From positions 9,199 through 73,198 of the forward strand of contig JAWXAY010000027.1 of the NCBI GenBank assembly GCA_034439715.1: DNA of 64,000 nt, given 5' to 3'. The notes beneath the pieces are model-generated. The model did no database searches. It worked only from the letters and a program-made list of their open reading frames with translations, and was not told the origin of the DNA. The position numbers and the translations under genes were made by a program. This DNA comes from Pseudomonadota bacterium. Its GTDB lineage: Bacteria > Bdellovibrionota > Bdellovibrionia > Bdellovibrionales > SG-bin7. This document shows positions 37,358-46,052 of this stretch, one piece after another (positions within the stretch are counted from its first letter, which is position 1; every line of letters starts with the position of its first letter).

Positions 37358-37981
37358 ATGTTTATACAAAAGCGTTTATTATTGATTTCCACATGTTTCA
37401 CATTAGTTTCAGGAGCAGCTTATGCTGGCCCAGGAGCAGGAAATACCGGCGGGGGATGTTATAATCTACAGATCATTGCCTTAAAAGCAAAAAGTGCTGA
37501 CATGTCCGGTACTAGTGGACACTCCTTATTTATTACGCAAAATGCCCGCACAAGAATTAATTTATCTGAGGGGCCTTTTAGCGTCCTGGATCGAAATGGT
37601 ACAGATGGAACAGCGGCTTTTTCTTTACCTAATCCCGATCCCACAAACTCAGGAGTTACAGGTTACTCAGTATTTATGAGACTCGTTGGAAAACCTGGTA
37701 GTAAAATAGATATGGCGACTTGTGGAACCGATGCCACAGGAGCGGTTTATTGCAGTGAGCAAACTGTGAATATGATTCGCAGTAAAGGTGGCTCTAGCTT
37801 TCAGAACGTCAGCCAAGAGCTACTTTATGTTTACGCTGACCTCGATTTAGATGGAGATGTAGAGCGTGTTCCCCTATTCGATAGCGCACTACAAGAGTAT
37901 TTTTGGCAAGTAGATAGCACAGGCCGTTTACATGCTCAACTTCGCTTTTGCCCTGTATCAACCGTTGTTGCTGCCCCCTGA
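37358..37981 (+). CDS. Secreted hypothetical protein
   Basis: SD GGGGG, signal ending AYA-G, beta-rich, DLDLDGD Ca-loop-like segment. Confidence 0.75.
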   Translation: MFIQKRLLLISTCFTLVSGAAYAGPGAGNTGGGCYNLQIIALKAKSADMSGTSGHSLFITQNARTRINLSEGPFSVLDRNGTDGTAAFSLPNPDPTNSGVTGYSVFMRLVGKPGSKIDMATCGTDATGAVYCSEQTVNMIRSKGGSSFQNVSQELLYVYADLDLDGDVERVPLFDSALQEYFWQVDSTGRLHAQLRFCPVSTVVAAP

Positions 37982-38009
37982 TTATTAACATGAGGAGAAT
38001 AAAAAATGG

Positions 38010-38042
38010 AAACCACTTAGAGAAATCTAAGTGGTTTTTTTT
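38010..38042 (+). terminator. Rho-independent terminator
   Basis: AAACCACTTAGA-GAAA-TCTAAGTGGTTT followed by a T run. Confidence 0.8.
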
Positions 38043-38141
38043 ATCCAGTGTTTCATTTCGAGGCAGCTGCAATAAAGTCACTACCCTGACTAAGTATTTT
38101 TCAGCTATCTCAACCTAAAACCAAATGAGAGCCTTTCCGTC

Positions 38142-38157
38142 TGGCTTTTATTTTGCA
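38142..38157 (+). promoter_or_regulatory. sigma54-like promoter for the subtilase gene
   Basis: TGGCTTTTATTTTGCA (GG-N10-GC). Confidence 0.55.
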
Positions 38158-38195
38158 TTTCAAGAACTCATAATAAACAAAACGGGAGTTTAAAA

Positions 38196-39389
38196 ATGCA
38201 AAAATCTTTTCTCACAGGCCTATTGGTTTCATCATCTTTGATTTTTACCGGCTGTTCAAAAAACTCGGCCAAGACCGCTGATGTAAGTTCCACATTGCTA
38301 AAACCCAGTTTACCATCTCGTTTAATTATCGAAGACTCCAATTTGGATGCTGTCGCAAGCGAGGTCAATCGTGATGGCGGACAAGTTATTAGGAAAATGG
38401 ACCATGTAAAGGCGCTAGTAGTTAGTCTTCCCGCTCCCTCTTTAAATGGATTAAAAAAGAAATTTCCAAATGCTCAAATTTCTGAAGACATTATTATGGA
38501 ACTAGTCGACCCATCAGTAAGTTTAGCCTCCGCAAAGCCCACACCAGGCCCGGGCGCCCAACCAACACAGTCAATCCCTTGGGGCATTAATGCAACTCGC
38601 GCCAATCTAGCGCATGCTTATAACCGTGGAGCTGGAGTAAAAGTTTGTATTTTAGATACCGGTATAAACAAAGCACATCCCGATTTAAAAGGTAACATTC
38701 TTGGCGGTAAGAATTATATTATGCAAAAAGGTAGCGTACTTGTTGATAATTATGAAGATGACAATGGTCACGGTTCACATGTTGCTGGAACAATTGCGGC
38801 GCTTGATAATTCCATCGGCGCCCTTGGCGTTGCTCCGGATGCTAAACTTTACGGAGTAAAAGTTCTTAATAGACAGGGCTCTGGTTATACTTCTGATATC
38901 GCTGATGGCGTTTATGATTGTATTGGCTTCGGTGCGAGCGTTATCAATATGAGTTTAGGAGGAAGCGGCGACCCCTTGGCGCCTTCACCATTAAAAACAG
39001 CGATTGAGTCGGCCCTTGCTAATGGTGTTTATGTCGTCGCAGCTGCTGGCAATAGCGGTAAAGATATTTCAACTTATACTCCTGCGGGTTACGCGGGGGT
39101 GATTGCCGTTTCTGCCGTTGACGTGAATTATGCTTTCGCGAGTTGGTCGAATTTTGGACTATCAATTGGGGATTTTGCAGCCCCCGGAGTTGGAATTTAT
39201 TCTACCTGGAAGGACAGTGGCTACAATACTATCAGCGGAACTTCAATGGCAGCCCCCCATGTTGCCGGTGTCATTGCCTTAGCGGTTTCAAGTCACAGTT
39301 TAGGAATTGTCGCTCGAGATCTTGGTGCAACTGTGAGTAAACAGGGCTCGGGTTTCATCGATGCTTTGAGCACTGTATTGAATCAATAA
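38196..39389 (+). CDS. S8 subtilisin-family serine protease lipoprotein
   Basis: FTGC lipobox. Catalytic triad ILDTG, HGSHVAG, GTSMAAPHVAG, oxyanion AAAGN. Confidence 0.95.
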   Translation: MQKSFLTGLLVSSSLIFTGCSKNSAKTADVSSTLLKPSLPSRLIIEDSNLDAVASEVNRDGGQVIRKMDHVKALVVSLPAPSLNGLKKKFPNAQISEDIIMELVDPSVSLASAKPTPGPGAQPTQSIPWGINATRANLAHAYNRGAGVKVCILDTGINKAHPDLKGNILGGKNYIMQKGSVLVDNYEDDNGHGSHVAGTIAALDNSIGALGVAPDAKLYGVKVLNRQGSGYTSDIADGVYDCIGFGASVINMSLGGSGDPLAPSPLKTAIESALANGVYVVAAAGNSGKDISTYTPAGYAGVIAVSAVDVNYAFASWSNFGLSIGDFAAPGVGIYSTWKDSGYNTISGTSMAAPHVAGVIALAVSSHSLGIVARDLGATVSKQGSGFIDALSTVLNQ

Positions 39390-39406
39390 TTTAATTTTAG
39401 AACCTA

Positions 39407-40468
39407 TTACAATATTGTGACAGGATCAAAATCTACGGCTATCGCAGCGCCTTGCTGAGGAATAGCCGAACCGTGGAACGAAATTGAATTGGCATCAGCG
39501 CGATAACTCCAACCATTAATGGCATCCTCAGGAACAAGTACTCCACCCACTTTCACCGTTATAGTCGCGACAATAGGAGCGCGACTTAAAAAGAATTGTG
39601 TGCTGAGTGTGGCAATCTGATTTGAAATTTCCACCATCGACGGTCCAAAATCGGCCTGGCAAATATCGCCGATAACTCCATTAGTTTTTGTCACGAGATC
39701 CATAATGCGAACCATGTTCGTACCGCCCTGACAAGGAGCTGCGCTCTGGGTCATAGCTGAGACGCTATATCTAGCGGTGTAGCCGCTCGTACCCGTCGCT
39801 TGATCTAAAAAATCTTTGTAAACAGTTACTGAATCCAAAGTCGGGGCATTGTACCGACCACTATTATTACAGCCTGTGCAACGACCGTTACCGCTAAAGT
39901 CATCTTGGTTATCGACAATAACCACGGCCAAATAAGAATCCGATCGTAAAAAGCCTGCGTTTATCGGACGCGTATTTAAGAGAGCTTGGCGAAAACTAGA
40001 AAAGGCGCGACCGTCTTGGCCTGCTGTATTTTTAGAGGGTTTTGCATTAATGGCAAATACGCTTAATAAATTGGGGTTAGTCGGTTCAATCACAAAGTAA
40101 TTTGAATAAACGCTGCCGTTGAAGTCATTAAAATCTGCTAGCGAAACGTTGAGAGGGTTATATCCACTCAATGTGGAATCAGCCATATAACCGGAACTTG
40201 TGGTCACGGCAATTTTATAGTCAAAACCTTTCGACTGAAAAAGGTTCATAAAACTTGAAAAACTCACAACTAATGATTGTTGAAATGAAGACATACTCGG
40301 CTGATCGTTAATTACAAAAAGCACATCTAATTTATTGTTGGCCGAGGTTGTTTGAATAAATGTGTCTGTCTCTGGCAATAAACTAAGACTGGGATTTCGC
40401 TCGCTGCAACCAACAAGAGTCAAACTTAGAAACCCAATAATTAACGATATGTTTTTTATGAATTCCAT
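39407..40468 (-). CDS. vWA-like lipoprotein
   Basis: LVGC lipobox, KLDVLFVINDQPSM, FLRSDSYLAVVIVDNQDD, GDICQADF, C-terminal NGWSY..DANSISF. Confidence 0.7.
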   Translation of the reverse strand: MEFIKNISLIIGFLSLTLVGCSERNPSLSLLPETDTFIQTTSANNKLDVLFVINDQPSMSSFQQSLVVSFSSFMNLFQSKGFDYKIAVTTSSGYMADSTLSGYNPLNVSLADFNDFNGSVYSNYFVIEPTNPNLLSVFAINAKPSKNTAGQDGRAFSSFRQALLNTRPINAGFLRSDSYLAVVIVDNQDDFSGNGRCTGCNNSGRYNAPTLDSVTVYKDFLDQATGTSGYTARYSVSAMTQSAAPCQGGTNMVRIMDLVTKTNGVIGDICQADFGPSMVEISNQIATLSTQFFLSRAPIVATITVKVGGVLVPEDAINGWSYRADANSISFHGSAIPQQGAAIAVDFDPVTIL

Positions 40469-40755
40469 AACTACGCCTCTCCGTTCCGGGATAACATTAC
40501 TGATTTAATGTTATCTTTTATCCTTGTTTAAAGTCAAAACTCCCAATCCCAACGGCTTTGTTAGTGAATTAATTGATAAGGTAATCTTAACTCACGATAG
40601 ATTAGTGTTTTCGATTACTTACCAAAAGCGGCTGTTTTCGATTATATTTTTAGTGGTAACGACTTCGACGAAAAACCGCACTTTCCGAGTTGGTGATGGT
40701 AGAAAGTACGGTTGTTACTATTTGAGACGTAAGCTTCTGAGAATTTTTTAGGAGT

Positions 40756-41178
40756 CTATTTATTTTTGCCGCGACCGCCGCCACCTTTGTCGCCGCGTGC
40801 ATTGGCCCGATCTATTTTGTCCCCTTTGTCGCCTTTGTCTGATTTGTCTGCTTTATCAGCCTTGTGCATATCTGAAACAGAATGCCCAATCTCACTGGGA
40901 TGAACACCCAATTCATTGGCGATTCTTCCCCAGCCCATTTTTTGATCGAGGCGCATTGCCGAAACTTCTTCGATTGTTTTTCCGGAGCTTTTTGAAAAGT
41001 TGGCTATACGAACGGCGTCGTTTCCAGTTAAGCCTTTGTCTTCCAAATATTTTACCTGATCATCTGTTAAATTGTATTCGGTTTTAACTTCTGTTTTCCA
41101 CTCAGTTTTTTTGCTGTCATCAGCATAGGTTGCATTCGCTATTAGGAAAAGAGAGAGACCTAGAATTAATTTTTTCAT
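40756..41178 (-). CDS. Secreted hypothetical protein (MGWGRIANELG motif, DK-rich tail)
   Basis: SD GGAGG, signal ending TYA-D. Confidence 0.75.
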   Translation of the reverse strand: MKKLILGLSLFLIANATYADDSKKTEWKTEVKTEYNLTDDQVKYLEDKGLTGNDAVRIANFSKSSGKTIEEVSAMRLDQKMGWGRIANELGVHPSEIGHSVSDMHKADKADKSDKGDKGDKIDRANARGDKGGGGRGKNK

Positions 41179-41196
41179 TTCGTACCTCCAAAAATA

Positions 41197-42078
41197 TTAA
41201 AAATAATAACTGAACCACGCACCTATAGAACTACTTGCGTAGTTAAGTAGTGTACTTACACTTCGCTGATTGTAAATAAGAATTTGTGTGCCGATACCTT
41301 TATTAGGGTCTAGTTGTTTTTCATAACCCAAGCTGACACTATTTGAGGACACACTCTCCTGCCGGTTAGCAACTCCGATAAGACGACCGCGATTGGAGTA
41401 AATGGGCGCCGTTGTCCCATAACGATTGGGATAATTAGTGGAGCTCATTACTAAGCGCGCAAAAGCTAGAGAACTATTTGTGATCTTAAAATTAGCTTCT
41501 CCAAATAAAAGGGATTTATTAAAACTATATTGAGAGTCGCTTGAAACATTAAAATAAAAAACTAGACCAGTCGACAATTGCAGCTGGGTATTTAATTGAA
41601 AATAATATTCAACAGCACCTGAAGGACGTACATCAGTCCGCCGCGACGCACCCGAAAACCTATATAACATAAAATCGGGAATGATTAATAACGTACTTTT
41701 TCCCCAAAAAAATTTTCGTCGAATATCGGCACCAGCGGATATAAGATTTATATTTTCATTGGCTAATCGAGAATCGTTATCTAAATAATATTGTAACAAT
41801 ACTTTTCCGAAAGGTTCCCATTTGTTAAATGGCGTGGCTAATTTTCGCGAGTAACTGCCACCCAAACTATCAAGATTATTTTCTTGAACAAATTTTTCAA
41901 AGTAGATGTTCCCGCTCTGCTTAAAATCTGAGAACCTACCCGTAAACCTTATGTACATATCAGATTCTTCAAGAGCTTGGCTTTGATAGACGTTGTTGTC
42001 CAAAAAAGCCCGCGTTTCGAATTCGGTCGCTGCGAATAGTAAACTGGAAGTAAGGTGTAAAATAATATTGATGAACAT
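41197..42078 (-). CDS. Putative outer-membrane beta-barrel protein
   Basis: LDNNVYQS near the N-terminus, amphipathic strands, C-terminal WFSYYF. Confidence 0.65.
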   Translation of the reverse strand: MFINIILHLTSSLLFAATEFETRAFLDNNVYQSQALEESDMYIRFTGRFSDFKQSGNIYFEKFVQENNLDSLGGSYSRKLATPFNKWEPFGKVLLQYYLDNDSRLANENINLISAGADIRRKFFWGKSTLLIIPDFMLYRFSGASRRTDVRPSGAVEYYFQLNTQLQLSTGLVFYFNVSSDSQYSFNKSLLFGEANFKITNSSLAFARLVMSSTNYPNRYGTTAPIYSNRGRLIGVANRQESVSSNSVSLGYEKQLDPNKGIGTQILIYNQRSVSTLLNYASSSIGAWFSYYF

Positions 42079-42379
42079 CGAAATATGTTAAGTGTTATCG
42101 CAGAAAACGCACGGACTAAGATTTCAGAACGCACAGCGTTCTGAGTTTCTTTAGGCCTTTAGGTCAAAGGAGCTAAAACCCTCAAGTCTAATTTAAAAGC
42201 GAGACGCCAAGGTTTGATTGGTATCAGTTGCGCGTTATCGGAAATATTTGAATGCACGCTTGAGCAATTACTTTTTTATCTTGTTCCAGGTTCGGTAAGC
42301 TTAAATATCTTTCTAATAACTCTTTCATTTCAGATTTTAATTCCAATAATTTATCCTCGGAAAGAGAAATCGTCGTCGC

Positions 42380-42597
42380 GCTAAAAAGGGACTTATAGGT
42401 GAGATTAAAAATGTTAAGAGCAAAGTTCCTACTGAGAAGTTAAAGCGGGCCCAAGATTACCATCGTAAAGCTCATTTTTTTTAGACTTTGTAGAAGCTGA
42501 AAACTCAACAGGCTTTCACGCACACGAAGAAGCTTTACGCTTATTAGGTTTTTCCATTGAAAATACTCGGAAAGGACAAAAGGCTTTGCGCCAATAA
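42380..42597 (+). pseudogene. nrfA: 3' remnant of cytochrome c nitrite reductase gene, frameshifted
   Basis: Two frames join to LIGEIKNVKS..EKLKRAQDYHRKA(Q)FFLDFVEAENSTGFHAHEEALRLLGFSIENTRKGQKALRQ*. One base is missing near 42474. No start codon. Confidence 0.75.
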
Positions 42598-42626
42598 AAA
42601 AAATAAGGCATTTTATAGAACCTAGA

Positions 42627-42680
42627 AAAATTTGGTAGGAGTTGAGGGGCTCGAACCCCCGACATCCACCTTGTAAGGGT
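42627..42680 (-). repeat. att site: duplicated 3' part of tRNA-Val
   Basis: 54 bp identical to 50041-50094. Confidence 0.95.
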
Positions 42681-42809
42681 CCCTGGGCTTATTTTACTAA
42701 CCAATTAATAAGGCTTATTTTTTCCGATATTCTTTGTTTTATCATTTAGTTAAGTTGCTTCTGATGGTGTGCCTACGTTTCTGACAAATCATGATAGTTC
42801 GGGTTAGTT

Positions 42810-42830
42810 TGGGCTGTAGTGGGCAGTGAA
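42810..42830 (+). repeat. Putative integrase arm-type site
   Basis: TGGGCTGTAGTGGGCAGTGAA, identical to 49958-49978. Confidence 0.7.
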
Positions 42831-42955
42831 GGCTTACGCCACATAACCCAAATCCTGCTAAACCAATAGTTGATCATCTATAATTTTTTGGTGCCAGCTT
42901 TACGCCCAATAGGAAACTAAGAATTGAAAATCCCCGCCACAATCAACCTAGACAT

Positions 42956-43591
42956 TTACGCACTTATCGGCTCTGTGCTGGTTTCGTTTTTGCTATATGC
43001 AGAGTCTGGAAATAAAGCGTTTGCGGCGTCCAAGCATGCCTGCATTGCGATATCGATATTATGGTTCAGGTGATCAAAGAGCGCATCTGTCAACTTAAGA
43101 CGAAATAGAATTGTTGTACTTGTTTTTATGTGCTCGAAGGATTGAAATTCACTTCCTTTTGCCTTTACCAACTCGTAGACCTTTTCATCAAAGTCGTCAC
43201 TAATAAGTCCCTGGTTTTCAAAGCGGCACTGAAACACAAATTGTTTTGCCACATACTTGTCATAAACTGTTTCAAAGTACAGATACGCAGAGTTTTTTCT
43301 AAAAACTTTCGCACCTGGAATCTTCACGTCAATTCCTAGTGTCACGCGGGCAGCATGATTCAGCCAAGATCCTTCTCTGTCTCGAGAGTCATCTTCTGGC
43401 TCTTGCCAGCGCATTTTTTTATTCGACTTCTCATCCTGGTTAAGTCTTTTTGTGGCGGCAAAAAGGTGATCCAGAATGATAGCATTCAAGTTATTCAGCT
43501 CTTTCTCGAAAATCTGTCTAGCTTCGTCAAGGCAGGCGATATTAGTGTTATAAGCGACTCCAACCTCTGAAAATCTGTGGTCCTTACTCAT
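42956..43591 (-). CDS. Hypothetical protein coupled to the nuclease gene
   Basis: Overlaps the upstream stop by 8 nt, SD GAGG. Confidence 0.75.
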   Translation of the reverse strand: MSKDHRFSEVGVAYNTNIACLDEARQIFEKELNNLNAIILDHLFAATKRLNQDEKSNKKMRWQEPEDDSRDREGSWLNHAARVTLGIDVKIPGAKVFRKNSAYLYFETVYDKYVAKQFVFQCRFENQGLISDDFDEKVYELVKAKGSEFQSFEHIKTSTTILFRLKLTDALFDHLNHNIDIAMQACLDAANALFPDSAYSKNETSTEPISA

Positions 43592-44522
43592 TTTTTACCT
43601 CATTCCAAAATCGTTTTGTTTCAATTGCTAGCTCTACTTTCGTTTCTATAAAAATATGGAACAGCTCGTTTAAGTAAAATGTGTTCAATGCGCTGGCCAT
43701 TGAGCCCGGCAACAGGTGTACTTTGGCTTGTTGAATTAAGCTATACAGTTGCCAAAATGTAATCGACTTAAATTTTTTCGATTTTGCAGGAATACCGTCC
43801 GGAGAAAGCAATAAGCCGATTACTTCTTTTTTTCGATAAGGAGAGCGAGGCCCCATTGCCGCACTAAAATAGTCCTCCGTTTGATGATCAGATTCCAGAG
43901 CTAACACCTTATTTTCGATGATTAAGACATGGTCGCGCCCTTCAATCAAAATATCTATTCTTCTTTCACCTATGTCTGAATTATTTAGCGACTGGTCGAT
44001 CGACGAAAGCGTGAGTTCACGATGACAACTTATTACTTCAACGGCATCAAACTTAACTAGTGCTCCGGCATGTCTCAGTAGGCCACTGAACAATGAATGA
44101 GCGGCTTTCCCACATCGAACGGGATTTAATAAACCTGCTAAAACGTCAGAATGAAGATTTTCACCATAAGTCTTATCAATTGCAGAAAAAATACTAGGAC
44201 TAATATTGGTGGGTTTTTCAACCTCTTCTACCGCAGCTGCTAATGCCAAACTTGTATTTTTGATCGAATTTAATACTTGCCTCTGGCCCCTTTTATTCAT
44301 TTCAACTCTTTGTTCTCTTGGGTGAGCGGCGAGTGCTGTACTAAGTTTGGTTATCGCGACCAAGTACTCAGATGTACCCCGCGGGCATTGCGCGCCGTGT
44401 TCTGGCTTTTGAGGATGTAATGACGTAGTCCTTTTCACCACTTCAAAAATTGCGCTCAAAACAGGATTTGTTTGCATAAACTTTATTCGGTACTCTGATA
44501 TAAATTGTTTAGAAACGATCAT
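43584..44522 (-). CDS. PD-(D/E)XK nuclease-family protein (PDDEXK_4-like)
   Basis: ENLHSDVLAGLLNP, RRIDILIE...LIIENKV..ESDHQTEDY, LLSPDG. Confidence 0.8.
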   Translation of the reverse strand: MIVSKQFISEYRIKFMQTNPVLSAIFEVVKRTTSLHPQKPEHGAQCPRGTSEYLVAITKLSTALAAHPREQRVEMNKRGQRQVLNSIKNTSLALAAAVEEVEKPTNISPSIFSAIDKTYGENLHSDVLAGLLNPVRCGKAAHSLFSGLLRHAGALVKFDAVEVISCHRELTLSSIDQSLNNSDIGERRIDILIEGRDHVLIIENKVLALESDHQTEDYFSAAMGPRSPYRKKEVIGLLLSPDGIPAKSKKFKSITFWQLYSLIQQAKVHLLPGSMASALNTFYLNELFHIFIETKVELAIETKRFWNEVKNE

Positions 44523-44594
44523 GCTTTATTACTACTTCTTTGGCCTAGTAATAAAGGACTGTGCCCACGTAATGTTAAAGTGAACGGTGTCTCA

Positions 44595-44822
44595 TTAAAA
44601 CTCTTTCAAAAGTTGGGAAAGAGAAATTTTATAAAGTTTGGAAAGTTTTTTTATCGTAACCAAAGTAACATTCTTACCTGATTCTACCCTTTGCAAATGT
44701 CGCCAAGAAGACCATCCATGCTCTTCAGTCTCTTCTAAAGTCCAGCCCCTCGCTTCACGAAGCTGACGAAGTCGCAACCCAAGACCTTTTAGGAATTTAG
44801 AATCCTCTTTTGAGATCGGCAT
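44595..44822 (-). CDS. XRE-family HTH regulator
   Basis: LGLRLRQLREARGWTLEE...LQRVESGKNVTLVTIKKLS. Confidence 0.85.
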   Translation of the reverse strand: MPISKEDSKFLKGLGLRLRQLREARGWTLEETEEHGWSSWRHLQRVESGKNVTLVTIKKLSKLYKISLSQLLKEF

Positions 44823-44915
44823 ATTAAAGAGGTTTTCATGTACCTCCGATAATGAGTACTACCGATATTAGGTAAAAATTCACAGGGAAAGTATCTAGTT
44901 GCATACATTATCCCC

Positions 44916-44943
44916 TAAGGAAAATTTATTGGCTTGCCGATAA
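44916..44943 (+). promoter_or_regulatory. sigma28-like promoter (probable leaderless transcript)
   Basis: TAAGGAAA-N12-GCCGATAA ending 7 nt before GTG 44950. Second copy TAAAGAGG-N12-TCCGATAA at 44825-44852. Confidence 0.6.
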
Positions 44944-44949
44944 GAACAT

Positions 44950-45504
44950 GTGAAGACATTTTTACTGTTATTAACATGTTGTTTAGTGGGGTGTAAAAAG
45001 TCAGAGCCTCCGGCGGAGGCAGGTTTTATAGAGCCCACTTGTAATCTAAACGCACCTACACAATTAGTAGTGCCAACCAGCTCTACCGGTAATGACGACA
45101 GACCCGCGTATCCCATATCAGACACCCTAGACGGTGATCCACTGACCTTCATGACAACTAACACTGTAAGCCTAAATCAGACCGTCTATATATCTTATCA
45201 AATGCCTTCGGAAGTTAACTTGTCTTCGATCGCAGTGGTGGATAACTATACTAATAATTTTAACATGGGAGACCTCTCTGTATTCGTTTCTGATGATTCA
45301 ACCAATGGAGTTAACGGCTACTGGAGACTTGCGGCGAGTAGGTCGTCCTCAAATAACGATTTTGTTAGCGGTGATGGTACAATTGAAATAGATAAATGTA
45401 GTGTCACATGGCTTAAGCTATCAATGAAATATACCGGAACAGGTGCCTATGGCGGCACCCCCGCCTTTTATTTATCTGAAATAACTTTTACTGCGTTTCA
45501 ATAG
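44950..45504 (+). CDS. Lipoprotein with discoidin/F5-8-like beta-sandwich domain
   Basis: LVGC lipobox, YPISDTLDGDPLT, VFVSDD....W, WLKL, YLSEITF. Confidence 0.7.
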   Translation: MKTFLLLLTCCLVGCKKSEPPAEAGFIEPTCNLNAPTQLVVPTSSTGNDDRPAYPISDTLDGDPLTFMTTNTVSLNQTVYISYQMPSEVNLSSIAVVDNYTNNFNMGDLSVFVSDDSTNGVNGYWRLAASRSSSNNDFVSGDGTIEIDKCSVTWLKLSMKYTGTGAYGGTPAFYLSEITFTAFQ

Positions 45505-45519
45505 TTACCAAAGATGCTT

Positions 45520-45945
45520 TTATCGACCGCTATCCGAATTAATAAGCCTTAGCATAACTGAATGCCCAAAGCCGGGAACACTCAAAAGTTCATCCATAAA
45601 TTTTGGATTTCTCACCCGCTCGGTAAGTGTCGGTTCTGCACGTCTCGACTCTTCTCTTCCTAGAGTCTGTTCAAGAAAAAATTCCAGACGTTTATAGTCG
45701 CCAACTTTAATCGCTGCGAGAATTACTTTAGCGACTATTAATTCGATTGCACTTATGTTACTGGCAGCCCTGGCCTTGAGGTCATTTTCACTCAAATATA
45801 AATAGGTATTGAGAATTCGAGTAAACTCAACCCTATTCAGAGCTCGCGCTTCTCTTATATCTTCTGGTAGAGCGGGCCGTCCGCCGGGGTTCCCGGACTC
45901 ACCTTTGATAAAATTTCGTCCACCTGTCTTTTTACCAATCGCCAT
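45520..45945 (-). CDS. Terminase small subunit-like / DUF5681-type protein
   Basis: GKKTGGRNFIKGESGNPGGRP N-terminus and AIKVGDYKRLEFFLEQTLGR. Confidence 0.6.
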   Translation of the reverse strand: MAIGKKTGGRNFIKGESGNPGGRPALPEDIREARALNRVEFTRILNTYLYLSENDLKARAASNISAIELIVAKVILAAIKVGDYKRLEFFLEQTLGREESRRAEPTLTERVRNPKFMDELLSVPGFGHSVMLRLINSDSGR

Positions 45946-46052
45946 GTTGATATTCTAGCGAAGTTTTATGGCTGTTAACAGCAGATTCTATTGTTCAATT
46001 CTCAAAATGTTACACTATGTTGCTGCTATGTAATCCATAAAATATTACCTTC

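Noticed and set aside
40524..40751. 75-aa plus-strand ORF between minus-strand genes
   Set aside because: TTG start without an SD, and it covers operator-like repeats. Probably non-coding.
40756..40865. 9-bp-periodic repeats encoding DKADKSDKGDKGDK
   Set aside because: Low-complexity protein tail with no inverted partner, unlike the 48575 iterons.
42124..42144. Perfect hairpin TCAGAACGC-ACA-GCGTTCTGA
   Set aside because: Single copy with no clear gene context to assign it as terminator or operator.
42633..42680. Second tRNA-Val gene
   Set aside because: Only the 3' 48 nt are present, with no D-arm or 5' acceptor strand. It is the att duplication.
42516..42704. 62-aa minus-strand ORF across the att site
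   Set aside because: It overlaps the tRNA fragment and is antisense to the nrfA relic.
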